Both the position numbers and the translations under genes were made by a program. The notes under the pieces are model-generated. The model saw only the letters and a program-made list of their open reading frames with translations. It ran no database searches and was not told the DNA's origin. Shown piece after piece: positions 54,372 to 64,000 of a stretch of 64,000 nt of DNA (within the stretch, counting starts at the first letter, position 1; every line of letters starts with the position of its first letter). Source of the stretch: Mayamaea pseudoterrestris (lineage: Eukaryota). The stretch is taken from positions 434,001-498,000 of the forward strand of contig BROI01000013.1 in assembly GCA_027923505.1 (NCBI GenBank), given 5' to 3'.

Positions 54372-56756
54372 ATGATGATGGTCTCCAGAACACTCACCGT
54401 CAAAAGCATTATTAGCCCCAAAGTAGCACCTCATCAACAGCGTCGACGACGCAAGATTATTCTATTATCATGCCTTGGTGCAGCGACGCTCTGGTGGCGA
54501 TTGCCTCGATCGAATCAACGTTCCTTATCCATTGTTCCCTCCGACGTACGGTTTGAGGACTCCATGATAAGGAAGCGAAATTCTGATACTCCGACTTCTG
54601 CCTTTGAAACCATTGATAAGAGCCTTTCTCGAGGCGTCTTTTACAACGTGTTTATTCCAGACTCGGACGACGGCAAGAGGAATGCGAGACGAATCGTCAA
54701 GGAACAGCTGCAACAAGTGGCTCATTCATTTGCCGCCACATCAATGCAGCAGCCCTTGCCAGTCTTTTACTATACCATTGGAGCTGTTAATGTGGTGACA
54801 CCGAAAACCATGGCATCGTTTTGCCCCGATCCATTGGAATGCCATCATATGCAGCATCATGAGCAAGGTAGCGAAGCCATTACTCTAGACGCGCTTCGGC
54901 AGTTTTGCATGGAACGACCAACAGCAACGGTCACCTACATTCATTCCAAAGGATCTTTTCACCATACTTTCTTGAATGAGCGTTGGCGACGTATTTTGAC
55001 GGACGCCGCCCTCAGCGAGCACTGCTACGCGCATATGGGATCAGACTGCAACATTTGCGGCGCCCAGTTTTATGCTCTTTGGACCTACTTTTTCCCTGGC
55101 AACATGTGGACGGCTAGTTGCGACTATGCAATGCAGCTGACTAGCTTGGAAACGTTTGAAACTACCATTGTCCAAGTCGTCAAACGGTTTCTCATTATGC
55201 GGCTTCGCAAGCAAATGACAGACGCATTGTTCACTCCGGAAGGAAAGGACTATTTTGGTCTAGAACGTTACGCAGCGGAGCACTGGGTAGGCTCACATCC
55301 AGATATCCGGCCGTGCGACTGCTTGCCCAATCGTAAGCTTGCCGCTCAGACTAGAATCAAGTACTCGCTGGCCGACTTGGAGTTTCAAAAGGGGCTTCGC
55401 GATTATCTTCCCGCCACAGGTTACAGACCAAGTCTGTTCCAGCGTATCATGAGTGATCCAGCAGCACGCATTCGAGAATATTATGTGTTTGGCGGAATGC
55501 TCATGAAGTGGTACGCTCTTTACGGACGGGCACCTGACCCATCTTCATGGGTATGGACGCATCATCCAGATGGAGCGTTTTGGCTCAGCAAAGTAACACG
55601 ATTTGGCGAGAAAGCTATCGAGGAAGTGATGAGCCTCCCATCATTACCTCCGGAGCCACTTTTTGCCTCCACCAATTCATCAAAGTTGTTTGCGGAAGTG
55701 GGAAAAAGCCCCAATACAACGTATGTCTTTTTCGATGCTTTTGTTCCGCCAAATGCCAGCAAGACAGAGGTTCATCATGAAGCCGAAATTTTTAATCAGC
55801 TGATCATGAACTTGAAACGCTCGGCGCGATCTACGGGTCGGAAATCTGTTCTATTCTACCATGCAATGCGAAACGCAGCTCTGAAGCAAAGCCTTTCCAA
55901 TTACGGGACTGCCTCTAAGCTACAGTGCCTCTCGCTTTCTCATGACAATAATCAATACGAAGGAGAGACGATGCGTCAGTTATCCATGTTTTGTCAGGAG
56001 AATCCGACACAAACTGTCACTTACATACACAGCCAAACTCTTGATGACATGCATACATCAAGCCTTGCGAAGAAACGCCGCCTTATGCGTCATGTGGCAA
56101 TGGCAGCAATGCATTGCACATCCATGCCGTTGGAGCAATGCAGCGCTTGTGGCCTTAAGTTTGACGCGATACCTCATCCTGGCTTTTATGGTAACATGTT
56201 CTCGGCAAGGTGCGACTACATAAACCAGCTCCTACCACCCCATATCTTTGTCGAGAAAATGGAGTCATACGTTGCGGAAGTGCTGTTGCAGAGACTGGTA
56301 AAGAAGTTGAACGCAGGGATTCAAGAGGCGAAGACAAGCTCTTTAGGTTTAGGAAAACACGCATTGAGCCGCTGGATCGGCAGTCACCCGTCATTTGAGC
56401 CATGCGATATGACCGACCAGGCACTTACATTTTGGACGACTAAAAATCACACAAGCAACAACTTCTTGTATGCAGTGTCTCGTCTGCGAGGGCGCAGAGA
56501 TTCGTGGAAGTTTGATGCTTCTGTCGGGACAGAAGTGATGAAAGATCCCAGTCTTCGGCTGCGCGAAATCCATTTCTTACCCGGCCAGCTTTTATTGTGG
56601 CAAACGCTTTACAACAAATTGCCTGACAGCTCGTCGGGCCTCTACGGATGGTATCCGGATGGTGATAAGTGGTCGGAATGCATTCATCAGAGAGGTGCAC
56701 TTGCCTGTTTTGACGAGATCACCACGCCCTACGCTATCAGTAAATATGTCAGTTAG
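54372..56756 (+). CDS. Type II membrane protein with two tandem homologous domains, putative glycan-modifying enzyme
   Basis: N-terminal anchor; repeated modules TYIHSKGSFH/TYIHSQT, FPGNMWTASCDY/FYGNMFSARCDY, EHWVGSHP/SRWIGSHP, HPDG..W/YPDG..W. Confidence 0.75.
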   Translation: MMMVSRTLTVKSIISPKVAPHQQRRRRKIILLSCLGAATLWWRLPRSNQRSLSIVPSDVRFEDSMIRKRNSDTPTSAFETIDKSLSRGVFYNVFIPDSDDGKRNARRIVKEQLQQVAHSFAATSMQQPLPVFYYTIGAVNVVTPKTMASFCPDPLECHHMQHHEQGSEAITLDALRQFCMERPTATVTYIHSKGSFHHTFLNERWRRILTDAALSEHCYAHMGSDCNICGAQFYALWTYFFPGNMWTASCDYAMQLTSLETFETTIVQVVKRFLIMRLRKQMTDALFTPEGKDYFGLERYAAEHWVGSHPDIRPCDCLPNRKLAAQTRIKYSLADLEFQKGLRDYLPATGYRPSLFQRIMSDPAARIREYYVFGGMLMKWYALYGRAPDPSSWVWTHHPDGAFWLSKVTRFGEKAIEEVMSLPSLPPEPLFASTNSSKLFAEVGKSPNTTYVFFDAFVPPNASKTEVHHEAEIFNQLIMNLKRSARSTGRKSVLFYHAMRNAALKQSLSNYGTASKLQCLSLSHDNNQYEGETMRQLSMFCQENPTQTVTYIHSQTLDDMHTSSLAKKRRLMRHVAMAAMHCTSMPLEQCSACGLKFDAIPHPGFYGNMFSARCDYINQLLPPHIFVEKMESYVAEVLLQRLVKKLNAGIQEAKTSSLGLGKHALSRWIGSHPSFEPCDMTDQALTFWTTKNHTSNNFLYAVSRLRGRRDSWKFDASVGTEVMKDPSLRLREIHFLPGQLLLWQTLYNKLPDSSSGLYGWYPDGDKWSECIHQRGALACFDEITTPYAISKYVS

Positions 56757-57754
56757 ACCATCATGGCTGTTTTCCTTATGTACATAACAAATAGGTTGTG
56801 TGGTAGCCGCACTCGACATGCAGACGTGTGCTCCAAAGTAAAGCACAGCCGTCTGCTGGGCCTTTTTTTACCCACACAACCGCACATGCGCAGTGTATAC
56901 ATTACTCTGCTTAGCGAGCGCGGCCGACGCCTGCATGTCCTAGTCACCGCGATGTCGCTGCCCTTTGTCGGCCGCGTCGGCTGTATTCAACTTGCCGCAG
57001 CGAAAATGTGCCGTTTTTCAGGTGATGCGATGAAAGCGACAAAACTTGCTCACACTTGTTCGCCAAGTTCGAGAGTCAACTTCGATCTTCTACGCAAAGA
57101 TTTACTATAACTTCAGACCCCCATTTTCGTGCAAACTTTCGTCGCTCACATAATCGCACAAAAGGGTGAGCGACAAGGCTCCCGCACAATTCTTTACTAG
57201 GGCCCCATGCTGAAAGGCGCCGAAAAGATTGTTACTTTGTGCGCAAAGGTCAATGGCAATGCCGCTTATGGGTGTTTTATTAACGAATGAAAATCTGGTG
57301 TATATAAAGAGCTTCGCCAAGACATTATTGGAATGTGACGCCAACTCTGCAACCCTCGTGGAGCGATCGCTTTGAGCACCTGCTCTTTAGCGAGCGCCTA
57401 GAGTGGAATTTACGCTACTACATCAACTGTCTTTAAGAGCTTATCGGTAAATATACATGCACCTGAGCCATAAATGTAAGAAATATCGCATATGCGACGA
57501 TCAACGAAGGCAGGTCGCAATAATGGCACTCGCGGATAGCTGATTGTCACTACGGTACTCACAACGGCCCATCGATTTTTTCTTTCGGCCATGGCGGATG
57601 GTGGAAACGCGGAAACCATCGAATACGCAATGTCAATTTGCTCGTCCAACACTCAGACATCGTATCAGATTACAATCGGACAAGAGCTATCTTACTTCCA
57701 GTAATAACTATTGAGTCGCAAGCAGCACAACTTTAAACGACTTGGCGCCAGCGC

Positions 57755-58897
57755 ATGATGATGACTCGAGGACGACGTTTGCTGGGGAAAGCATCACTTC
57801 AGCGCGTATTGGAGATTAGGCAATCATCAAATGTTTTCAGTATATGCTATATGCGACGACTGCGGTGTTATCCGACTTCGTCATTGAAATCGACGCGAGT
57901 TTTCTCGTCTGTGGCGCCTCCGAACGGCGACGACGAGGACAAGCAACAGCAGCAGCAGCCTCGTAAATTATTAGACCCGCCCGTCATTACGTGGGTCGAC
58001 GACTTCTTGCCATCATCTATACAACCTTATGCTCGATTGGCGCGCATGGACAAGCCCATTGGCACCTGGTTGTTGCTTTGGCCTTGCTACTGGTCGACGG
58101 CACTGGCAGCAACCGAATCAACGTTGCACTTGCCGGATCCAACCTTGCTGGCATTGTTTGGCGCGGGCGCTTTCATCATGCGCGGAGCTGGTTGTACAAT
58201 TAACGATTTATGGGATCGCAACGTGGACAAACATGTGGAACGAACGTCGAGTCGACCGTTAGCGTCTGGACAAGTAACTATTCCGCAAGCGATTGCCTTT
58301 TTAGGCGTCCAGTTGACGGCTGGACTAGGAATCTTGCTGTCACTTCCTCATACGTGGTACTGCTTTCAGTGGGGCGCAGCTTCACTTCCACTGGTGGTGG
58401 CGTATCCGCTCATGAAGCGGTTCTTTGCGTACCCGCAACTTGTGCTGGGGCTAACGTTCAATTGGGGCGCTTTCATGGGATGGGCAGCGACTTATGGAAG
58501 TATGGATTATAGCATCATATTGCCATTGTATGGGTCAGGGGTGACTTGGACGTTGGTGTACGATACCATTTACGCGCACCAGGACAAGGCGGATGATGCC
58601 AAGCTCGGCTTGCACACGACGGCGCTTAGTTTTGGTGCCGACGATGAAACGCAACGAAAGGTCTTGTATGCACTAGCGACAGCAACATGGCTACAGTGGC
58701 AGCTAGTGGGTCATTATGCTGAATTACATTCGGGCTTGTTTAGTTTTGGAAGCGCAGTTGGTTTTGGACACTTGCTGTGGCAAATTAACTCGGCCGATTT
58801 CAATGATCCGCACAATCTTTCCGCAAGATTCAAAAGCAACAGTGCCGTCGGCGCCATCATGTTCGCCACGTTTGTAGGAGGTACATATTTTGCATAA
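57755..58897 (+). CDS. COQ2: 4-hydroxybenzoate polyprenyltransferase
   Basis: RMDKPIGTWLLLWPC, GAGCTINDLWDRNVD, RPLASG, YPLMKR, YDTIYAHQDK.DD. Confidence 0.96.
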   Translation: MMMTRGRRLLGKASLQRVLEIRQSSNVFSICYMRRLRCYPTSSLKSTRVFSSVAPPNGDDEDKQQQQQPRKLLDPPVITWVDDFLPSSIQPYARLARMDKPIGTWLLLWPCYWSTALAATESTLHLPDPTLLALFGAGAFIMRGAGCTINDLWDRNVDKHVERTSSRPLASGQVTIPQAIAFLGVQLTAGLGILLSLPHTWYCFQWGAASLPLVVAYPLMKRFFAYPQLVLGLTFNWGAFMGWAATYGSMDYSIILPLYGSGVTWTLVYDTIYAHQDKADDAKLGLHTTALSFGADDETQRKVLYALATATWLQWQLVGHYAELHSGLFSFGSAVGFGHLLWQINSADFNDPHNLSARFKSNSAVGAIMFATFVGGTYFA

Positions 58898-58963
58898 CCG
58901 CGGAAGCACGAGTGATTAGTAATACATTAAACGTGTTAAAGGTTACATGGCCATCGAGCCATT

Positions 58964-59932
58964 TCATTGCTTCTTCTTTTCTCGCAGTTTCTTGGCTTCC
59001 TCCTTTCCTATCACTTTAAGACCAGTCTCGTCTGTAATCTTTTCCACAACACCCCGATCTTCCAGCTCCTTGTTCAGTAGCAGCGCCTGACTAGCTGCCA
59101 TGTTATCTGCCTTTTTGTAAAAGTCCTTGACGGCTCCCAAAATGCCCTCGCTCTTTGCCCCTTTTTCGTCAACCGGCGGCGCAGCATTCGGCTCGCTACT
59201 CATCAAAGTCTCTTCTTCTTTCTCCACACTCTCCTCATCTATTACCTCCACTAATGCATCCAAACGCTTTGACTTTTTGCCAGCCTTTTGTTTCTTTTTT
59301 GATGCATTGACATTCTTTTGCTTCTTTCCTTCGGCAGCACTCCGACGCCGTTGCATTTCCTCCCAAATCTTTTCCGCGTTCGTTCGTCGCGTATCCATTT
59401 CCGCTTCCGCCAGCAAGCCAGATCCCGCTCCAAACAGCAACAGCAGTGCTCCTCCAATCTTGTTCATGAACAGAAATTTCGTCAACCATGAGCTTAGCAC
59501 CCATGCAAAGGCAGACTCTTCAATGACAAAGGGAATTTCGTCAGGAGCTGAACTCGCTCGTAGTTCCGTTAAAAAGCCATTGTAAAAGGCGCCAGTGACG
59601 CCAATCAAGCAAATGACGGCGTAGATTGCCACTCGCTTGCCTCGTTCCTTGGCGGCTTGGGTGTTTGCTTCCGCTTGATATATTTCTTGCTCGACTTCTT
59701 TTGGAATAGTAGACTTGATTGGATTGAATATAAAATCGAAAGGACCTTCCTTGGAAGTGTCTTCGGTTGGAGATTCTCTCAGCAGCAGTGAGCGATGATT
59801 GTTTTGATGGCGAGAGGTTTTGGAGCAACAGCAAGCAGGCAGTGCAGTGAATGCGTCGACTGTCGTCAAGAAAATGTTTCCAGCTAACAGTAAGCAGAAA
59901 ACAGGAAATTTACATAGAAACAGGAATGTCAT
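58964..59932 (-). CDS. Plastid-targeted membrane protein of unknown function
   Basis: Signal peptide ending VDA-FTA; two TM segments; charged C-terminus. Confidence 0.75.
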   Translation of the reverse strand: MTFLFLCKFPVFCLLLAGNIFLTTVDAFTALPACCCSKTSRHQNNHRSLLLRESPTEDTSKEGPFDFIFNPIKSTIPKEVEQEIYQAEANTQAAKERGKRVAIYAVICLIGVTGAFYNGFLTELRASSAPDEIPFVIEESAFAWVLSSWLTKFLFMNKIGGALLLLFGAGSGLLAEAEMDTRRTNAEKIWEEMQRRRSAAEGKKQKNVNASKKKQKAGKKSKRLDALVEVIDEESVEKEEETLMSSEPNAAPPVDEKGAKSEGILGAVKDFYKKADNMAASQALLLNKELEDRGVVEKITDETGLKVIGKEEAKKLREKKKQ

Positions 59933-60190
59933 GATCTTTACAGACACTAGCAAAAGCTGTGGAGTGGATGACTGGAAGGTCTCAAGATTGCGAGGACGAA
60001 TGATGTGCAAACGACGATCTCGTGTGATGCGTCGTCGTCTCGACGGCAAGAAGCGTCTTATCGGTACTCGGTGCGACATTAATTGGCGAACGAGCGAGTG
60101 ACGCCAAGCCGCAAAAATGCGAGTGGAGACGACGAAGGAGCTTTATCTATTATATCAAAGCGAGTACGCTCTTCAGAACCTTTGCCGCCA

Positions 60191-61839
60191 ATGAGGATGT
60201 CGAGAATTCAGACGGCGCCACGAAAGCGAGCATGCGAAAGTGACAATTGTTCCAGATCATCAAGCTTTTCCTCGGCACGAGCATGTGAATTAGTCGCCGA
60301 ATTGTCGTCGGCATTGACACTGCCCCAGCGACTCTCGGCGCTTGAGCATGTTCATCTTTACTTGCAGCACGATAAAGATGCAGCCTCGCAAATGATGGAA
60401 GCTGGTATGGTAACTTGCATCTTCATGCAAATGAATCATTTGTTGCAGCAGCCACAAGCAAATTTTTCCGCGCACCTTTCCCCAGTCGAAGAATTATGCC
60501 GACTCTTGTCAATGATACTGCAGCAACTGCAAGTGGAGCAACTATCTGTAGCAGCAAAGGGTATCTGCAACTCGCACAGCATGAGAGTGCTTGCTAGCCT
60601 CATGAAAATCAATGTCAGCGAACCGACTTTCGAAATTCTTCATTTACTTTCGACCCTTTCTTCAAGTTCAATCGAAATGACTCAATCAAGAGAGTTGCTA
60701 CCGACACTGGCAAAACGAATGACCGAAAGTAACATGACGGAACAAGCGCTACTGGACGGCCTGGGCTGTCTCAAGAATGTTTCATGCTACGCCGAGGAGC
60801 GTCGGAGTCAGTTGCTTTGTACACCTGGCTTTAAAGATTGTATATGCATCCTTGCCAAGCGTCTCGAAATGGAAAAGACATTGGAGCGACTCTCGGCAAC
60901 GTTTCGAAATCTTTCCATATCGCCAGAGTGTCGGTCCATCATGACTGGAGACGCCTTGGTGCTTGATGCATTGCTTTTCATGTCTTCCAACCATATGAAC
61001 ATGATTTCGCTGCAGCGCAATCTACTCAACACTTTCGTCAGTCTAAGTATGGAACATGATGCATGCGTAGTCCTCTTGTTTCATGGAGATGGAGTACTGC
61101 TTGAATGTTTACAAGCGTGGCTGCAATATGATGCTGACTCCGTTTTACGGAAACGAGCCTCCCGGTTGGTCCGCTCCTTGGCCAATGATCTTTCAGGTCC
61201 CATGCTTGTTCAAAATACGAAACTCATGGATCTAATATCGCGCGCCGCGCTGCAGGACGAAGATCGAGCCGTGAGGATTGAAGCAACGGAAGCCTTTGCG
61301 CGATGCGCGTCGCAGACGCATACTGGTCAACCAAACTACACGGCAGTGCTTGATGCACTCGTGCAACTCGCTAGGCGCCCCAATGCATGTACAGAAGCTA
61401 TTGCAAGCGCACTGAGAGAGCAAGCGTCTCGGCTTGACCATCGTGTCCATATAGCGAAATGCCCCGAGCTGCTTGCCGCTGCTGCCATGATTGCCATGGC
61501 GCGGAACTCGTCCATCCGCAGCAAGGAGAATATTTGCATCGCATTGCTGGACTTGACGTATGAAGAGTCGAATTTGCATTTCTCGCACAACCTTGTATAT
61601 TGGACGCACTCGTTTACAATGCAAACGAATCTAGTTCACTTCAGCTTGCCGCAGAAACGAAACGGAGGGCATCTGTAAATACGTTGATACGTCTCGCCAA
61701 ATGCCCAAGGAACCGATCAATCATGGTTAACCATCATGGCTTGTTGGAGTGTCTCATTCGCTTTGCTACCAACGCATCGGATGTCGAGTGCAAGCGTGAA
61801 ATAAAAGCAGTCATTCTCTCGTTAGTGGGAGAATTGTAA
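60191..61839 (+). CDS. ARM-repeat protein, split by an apparent 1-nt frameshift at ~61580
   Basis: Leu-rich helical repeats (LGCLKNVS, SATFRNLSISPECR); the second frame continues LAQPCILDALV...LIRLAKCPRNRSIM. Confidence 0.75.
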
Positions 61840-62002
61840 CGGGCAACTCTGCAGCATAACTCGCCAGTTACTCCGCCAACTAATTAAAAGCAGAGTACTG
61901 CCTACTACCAAGCTATAAAGTAGGTATGTGTGCAAATTACACAGTTATATCAAAAATGTGTATCCCTTATTTAACAAGCAAAATCAACGTGATAACTCGT
62001 TT

Positions 62003-62881
62003 TTATTTGACTTGGCCCGTCTCGACCTGCTCATTCAACCGATCCATATACTCCTCCGCATCCTTTCTAGTCATACGAAAGCACTTGTACTCAATCTTGT
62101 AAGACTGCTCGCGACCATCAGGATCCCGCAGCGAGACGAGCATGCCTGGAGGCAACGAGGTGTGCGGGAGCGGCGCGTCCACATCGTGAGGCTTGAATAG
62201 ATAAGGAGCGCGCTTGGAACTCCTTTGACTCGTAGCGAGCGAATCGCCTTCCTTAGTTTCACCGTCAGTCAGCCAGGGACTCGAATCCAACTTGTCATGC
62301 AGATCATGGTCCGTATCCCTGTACTCGAGCGTCTTGCGCCGCATGTCATCGTAGGCATCTCGCTCCACGCGGTAGCGATTGACTTCCCCCTCCGCCAAAT
62401 CGTCATATTCGCGCCGATCTTCCTCGCTGAGTGACTTCCAACGTTGTCCAATCGTCTTGCCGAGCTCCTCGAACGAAACGCGACCAGAAGATTGCTCGTA
62501 GATGCGGACGCGTTCTTTTTGGAAAAATAGATTGTATGCACTCAACGGTCTCTTGGGCATTCCCTTCTTCTTTTTCGTGCGGCGTGACGATGGTCCATGG
62601 TGGATCGAAGCCTTGGATTCAGCCTTGGTAATCGTGGCCGTTGTATGCGCTGCAGCAGCAGCAGAATCTTGATCGCGCGCGGCAGCCGCCGTCTCAAACC
62701 AATTACCGAGGCCAAGAGTGTCATTCATTTCCATCGCCCATTCTTCTTCTGATGCGTAGGCACCGTGGTTGCTACCATTGAGGTAAACTGCTTCATTTCC
62801 TTTGCTTGAGGAGCGACCGATTCCTCCGACGCCATTGCCGTCAATCGCCTCGCTTGGATATCCTGTCATCACACCGCTCAT
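62003..62881 (-). CDS. HMG-box protein
   Basis: MPKRPLSAYNLFFQKER...SFEELGKTIGQRWKSL...YDDLA..E..RY. Confidence 0.93.
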   Translation of the reverse strand: MSGVMTGYPSEAIDGNGVGGIGRSSSKGNEAVYLNGSNHGAYASEEEWAMEMNDTLGLGNWFETAAAARDQDSAAAAAHTTATITKAESKASIHHGPSSRRTKKKKGMPKRPLSAYNLFFQKERVRIYEQSSGRVSFEELGKTIGQRWKSLSEEDRREYDDLAEGEVNRYRVERDAYDDMRRKTLEYRDTDHDLHDKLDSSPWLTDGETKEGDSLATSQRSSKRAPYLFKPHDVDAPLPHTSLPPGMLVSLRDPDGREQSYKIEYKCFRMTRKDAEEYMDRLNEQVETGQVK

Positions 62882-63613
62882 GGTCTTCCTTTATCTTGGT
62901 CCAGTTCTGTAAGGGGCGCGCCGTCAATTAGCAAGAGTCTCGGAGTTGCAACTATGAACAACGAGTGGGAGAAAAGGAAAGTGCGATTAAAGGAATCTGA
63001 GAGATGCATGTGCTTTACTGCGTGGAGAGCCACCGGTTGAAAGGCCTTGGAGCTCGACTTGACGCTTTTCGGCAGCGTCAACTTGCGTGGCATTCGTTCG
63101 AAGAGGTTCTCCGTGAATGATTCTGGCGTAAGAAGACTGGGCCGGCGTGCATGGCAATAGCTACGAGCTTCTCAAGGCTCTTTCACGCCACTAATGCATC
63201 CTTAAAATAATATTGCCCAATCTTGATGACGACGTTATTGGCGGAAGGTGACACCGATTTGCAAAGTGCCGCGCCTCAACCGGCATTTGCACACATGCGC
63301 GATTATCGTCGAGTAAGTTGCTCTTGTAACGGCTGAACAACGGCAATCGTGCGTTTCGAGCTCCGATTTAGCTAGCCAGGAGCGAGGTAGATGTGATGTT
63401 TGCAGTGTGGAGCAGCTACTTGGTAGACCTAATAATGTTGCAAGATATTAAGAGAGTTCAACTTCTTCACGTTCGGTGACGATTCGGTGGAGTCGAAGCC
63501 ACCCAATGACTTCTGTTTGGCTCAATCTGCAAAGGCATATCGGTTATTGTATGTTTAAGAAATGACTCCATACATTTGATAACAGTGATTGTTATTAACT
63601 GCAGTTATATATC

Positions 63614-64000
63614 TTAGGTACTGATATCCATTCGTCGCAGTTTCGCCGTCTCCAAGTGTTCCAATGACCGATGCAAGCGGCCATCCATTTGCAGAAATGC
63701 TGTTTGCAGGATTTGTAGCACATCCCCATGAGCCACAAGAATAATCATGTGATCTTGTAGCAAAGCATCATACTCGTTGACAACAGCAACAGCCCGACTC
63801 TTCACTGAATCAACAGACTCGACTTGATGTAAGGTGTGGGACGAGTCCTTGGCATCGTCATCCCACACAAAAGGATAGTTACCATCGCTTTGCATGTCAA
63901 AGTCTCCAAAACATCGCTCCCGTAATCGAATATCCACAATCACTTGCCCTTTATAAAGTGGTGGGAGGTTGTCACGTCGATTCGACCCCTCTATCGGATG
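63614..64000 (-). CDS. Histidine phosphatase (phosphoglycerate mutase-like) family, C-terminal part; 5' end outside the window
   Basis: RLRERCFGDFD, VESVDSVKSR, ILVAHGDVLQIL. Confidence 0.85.
   Translation of the reverse strand, partial: HPIEGSNRRDNLPPLYKGQVIVDIRLRERCFGDFDMQSDGNYPFVWDDDAKDSSHTLHQVESVDSVKSRAVAVVNEYDALLQDHMIILVAHGDVLQILQTAFLQMDGRLHRSLEHLETAKLRRMDIST

Overview
Eukaryotic nuclear DNA, most likely from a diatom. Support for this: compact genes, short GT-AG introns with GTACGT/GTAAGT/GTGAGT donors, ASAFAP-type plastid presequences and diatom-type gene families. The species cannot be determined from sequence alone. The first ~20 kb is a repeat block. It holds a Ty1/copia LTR retrotransposon on the minus strand (5' LTR 6714-7020, half-tRNA-type PBS, single Gag-PR-IN ORF, RT frameshifted and running off the left edge). 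The element abuts a 348-bp satellite (~7 copies; a dimer of ~174-bp subunits, each with a long palindrome showing compensatory changes). A short spacer follows, then a ~10-kb array of a different 174-bp satellite. The remaining ~44 kb is gene-dense: INSIG-like, thiolase, ETF-alpha, copine, EF2, mitochondrial carrier, bL32m, FMO, diatom Zn-binding family protein, small H1-like protein, DinB, RHD3-like secretory protein, EP400/EAF1-like, EF-hand, BUD31, DUF501, FTCD-N, COQ2, ARM, HMG-box and histidine phosphatase. The most striking observations are: (1) an in-frame two-membrane-segment, glycosylatable, env-like module between Gag and protease in the copia polyprotein; (2) the covarying palindromes and shared 174-bp period of the satellites; (3) tandem duplicated alternative last exons in the FMO gene. 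All family calls are by motif recognition; no searches were run.
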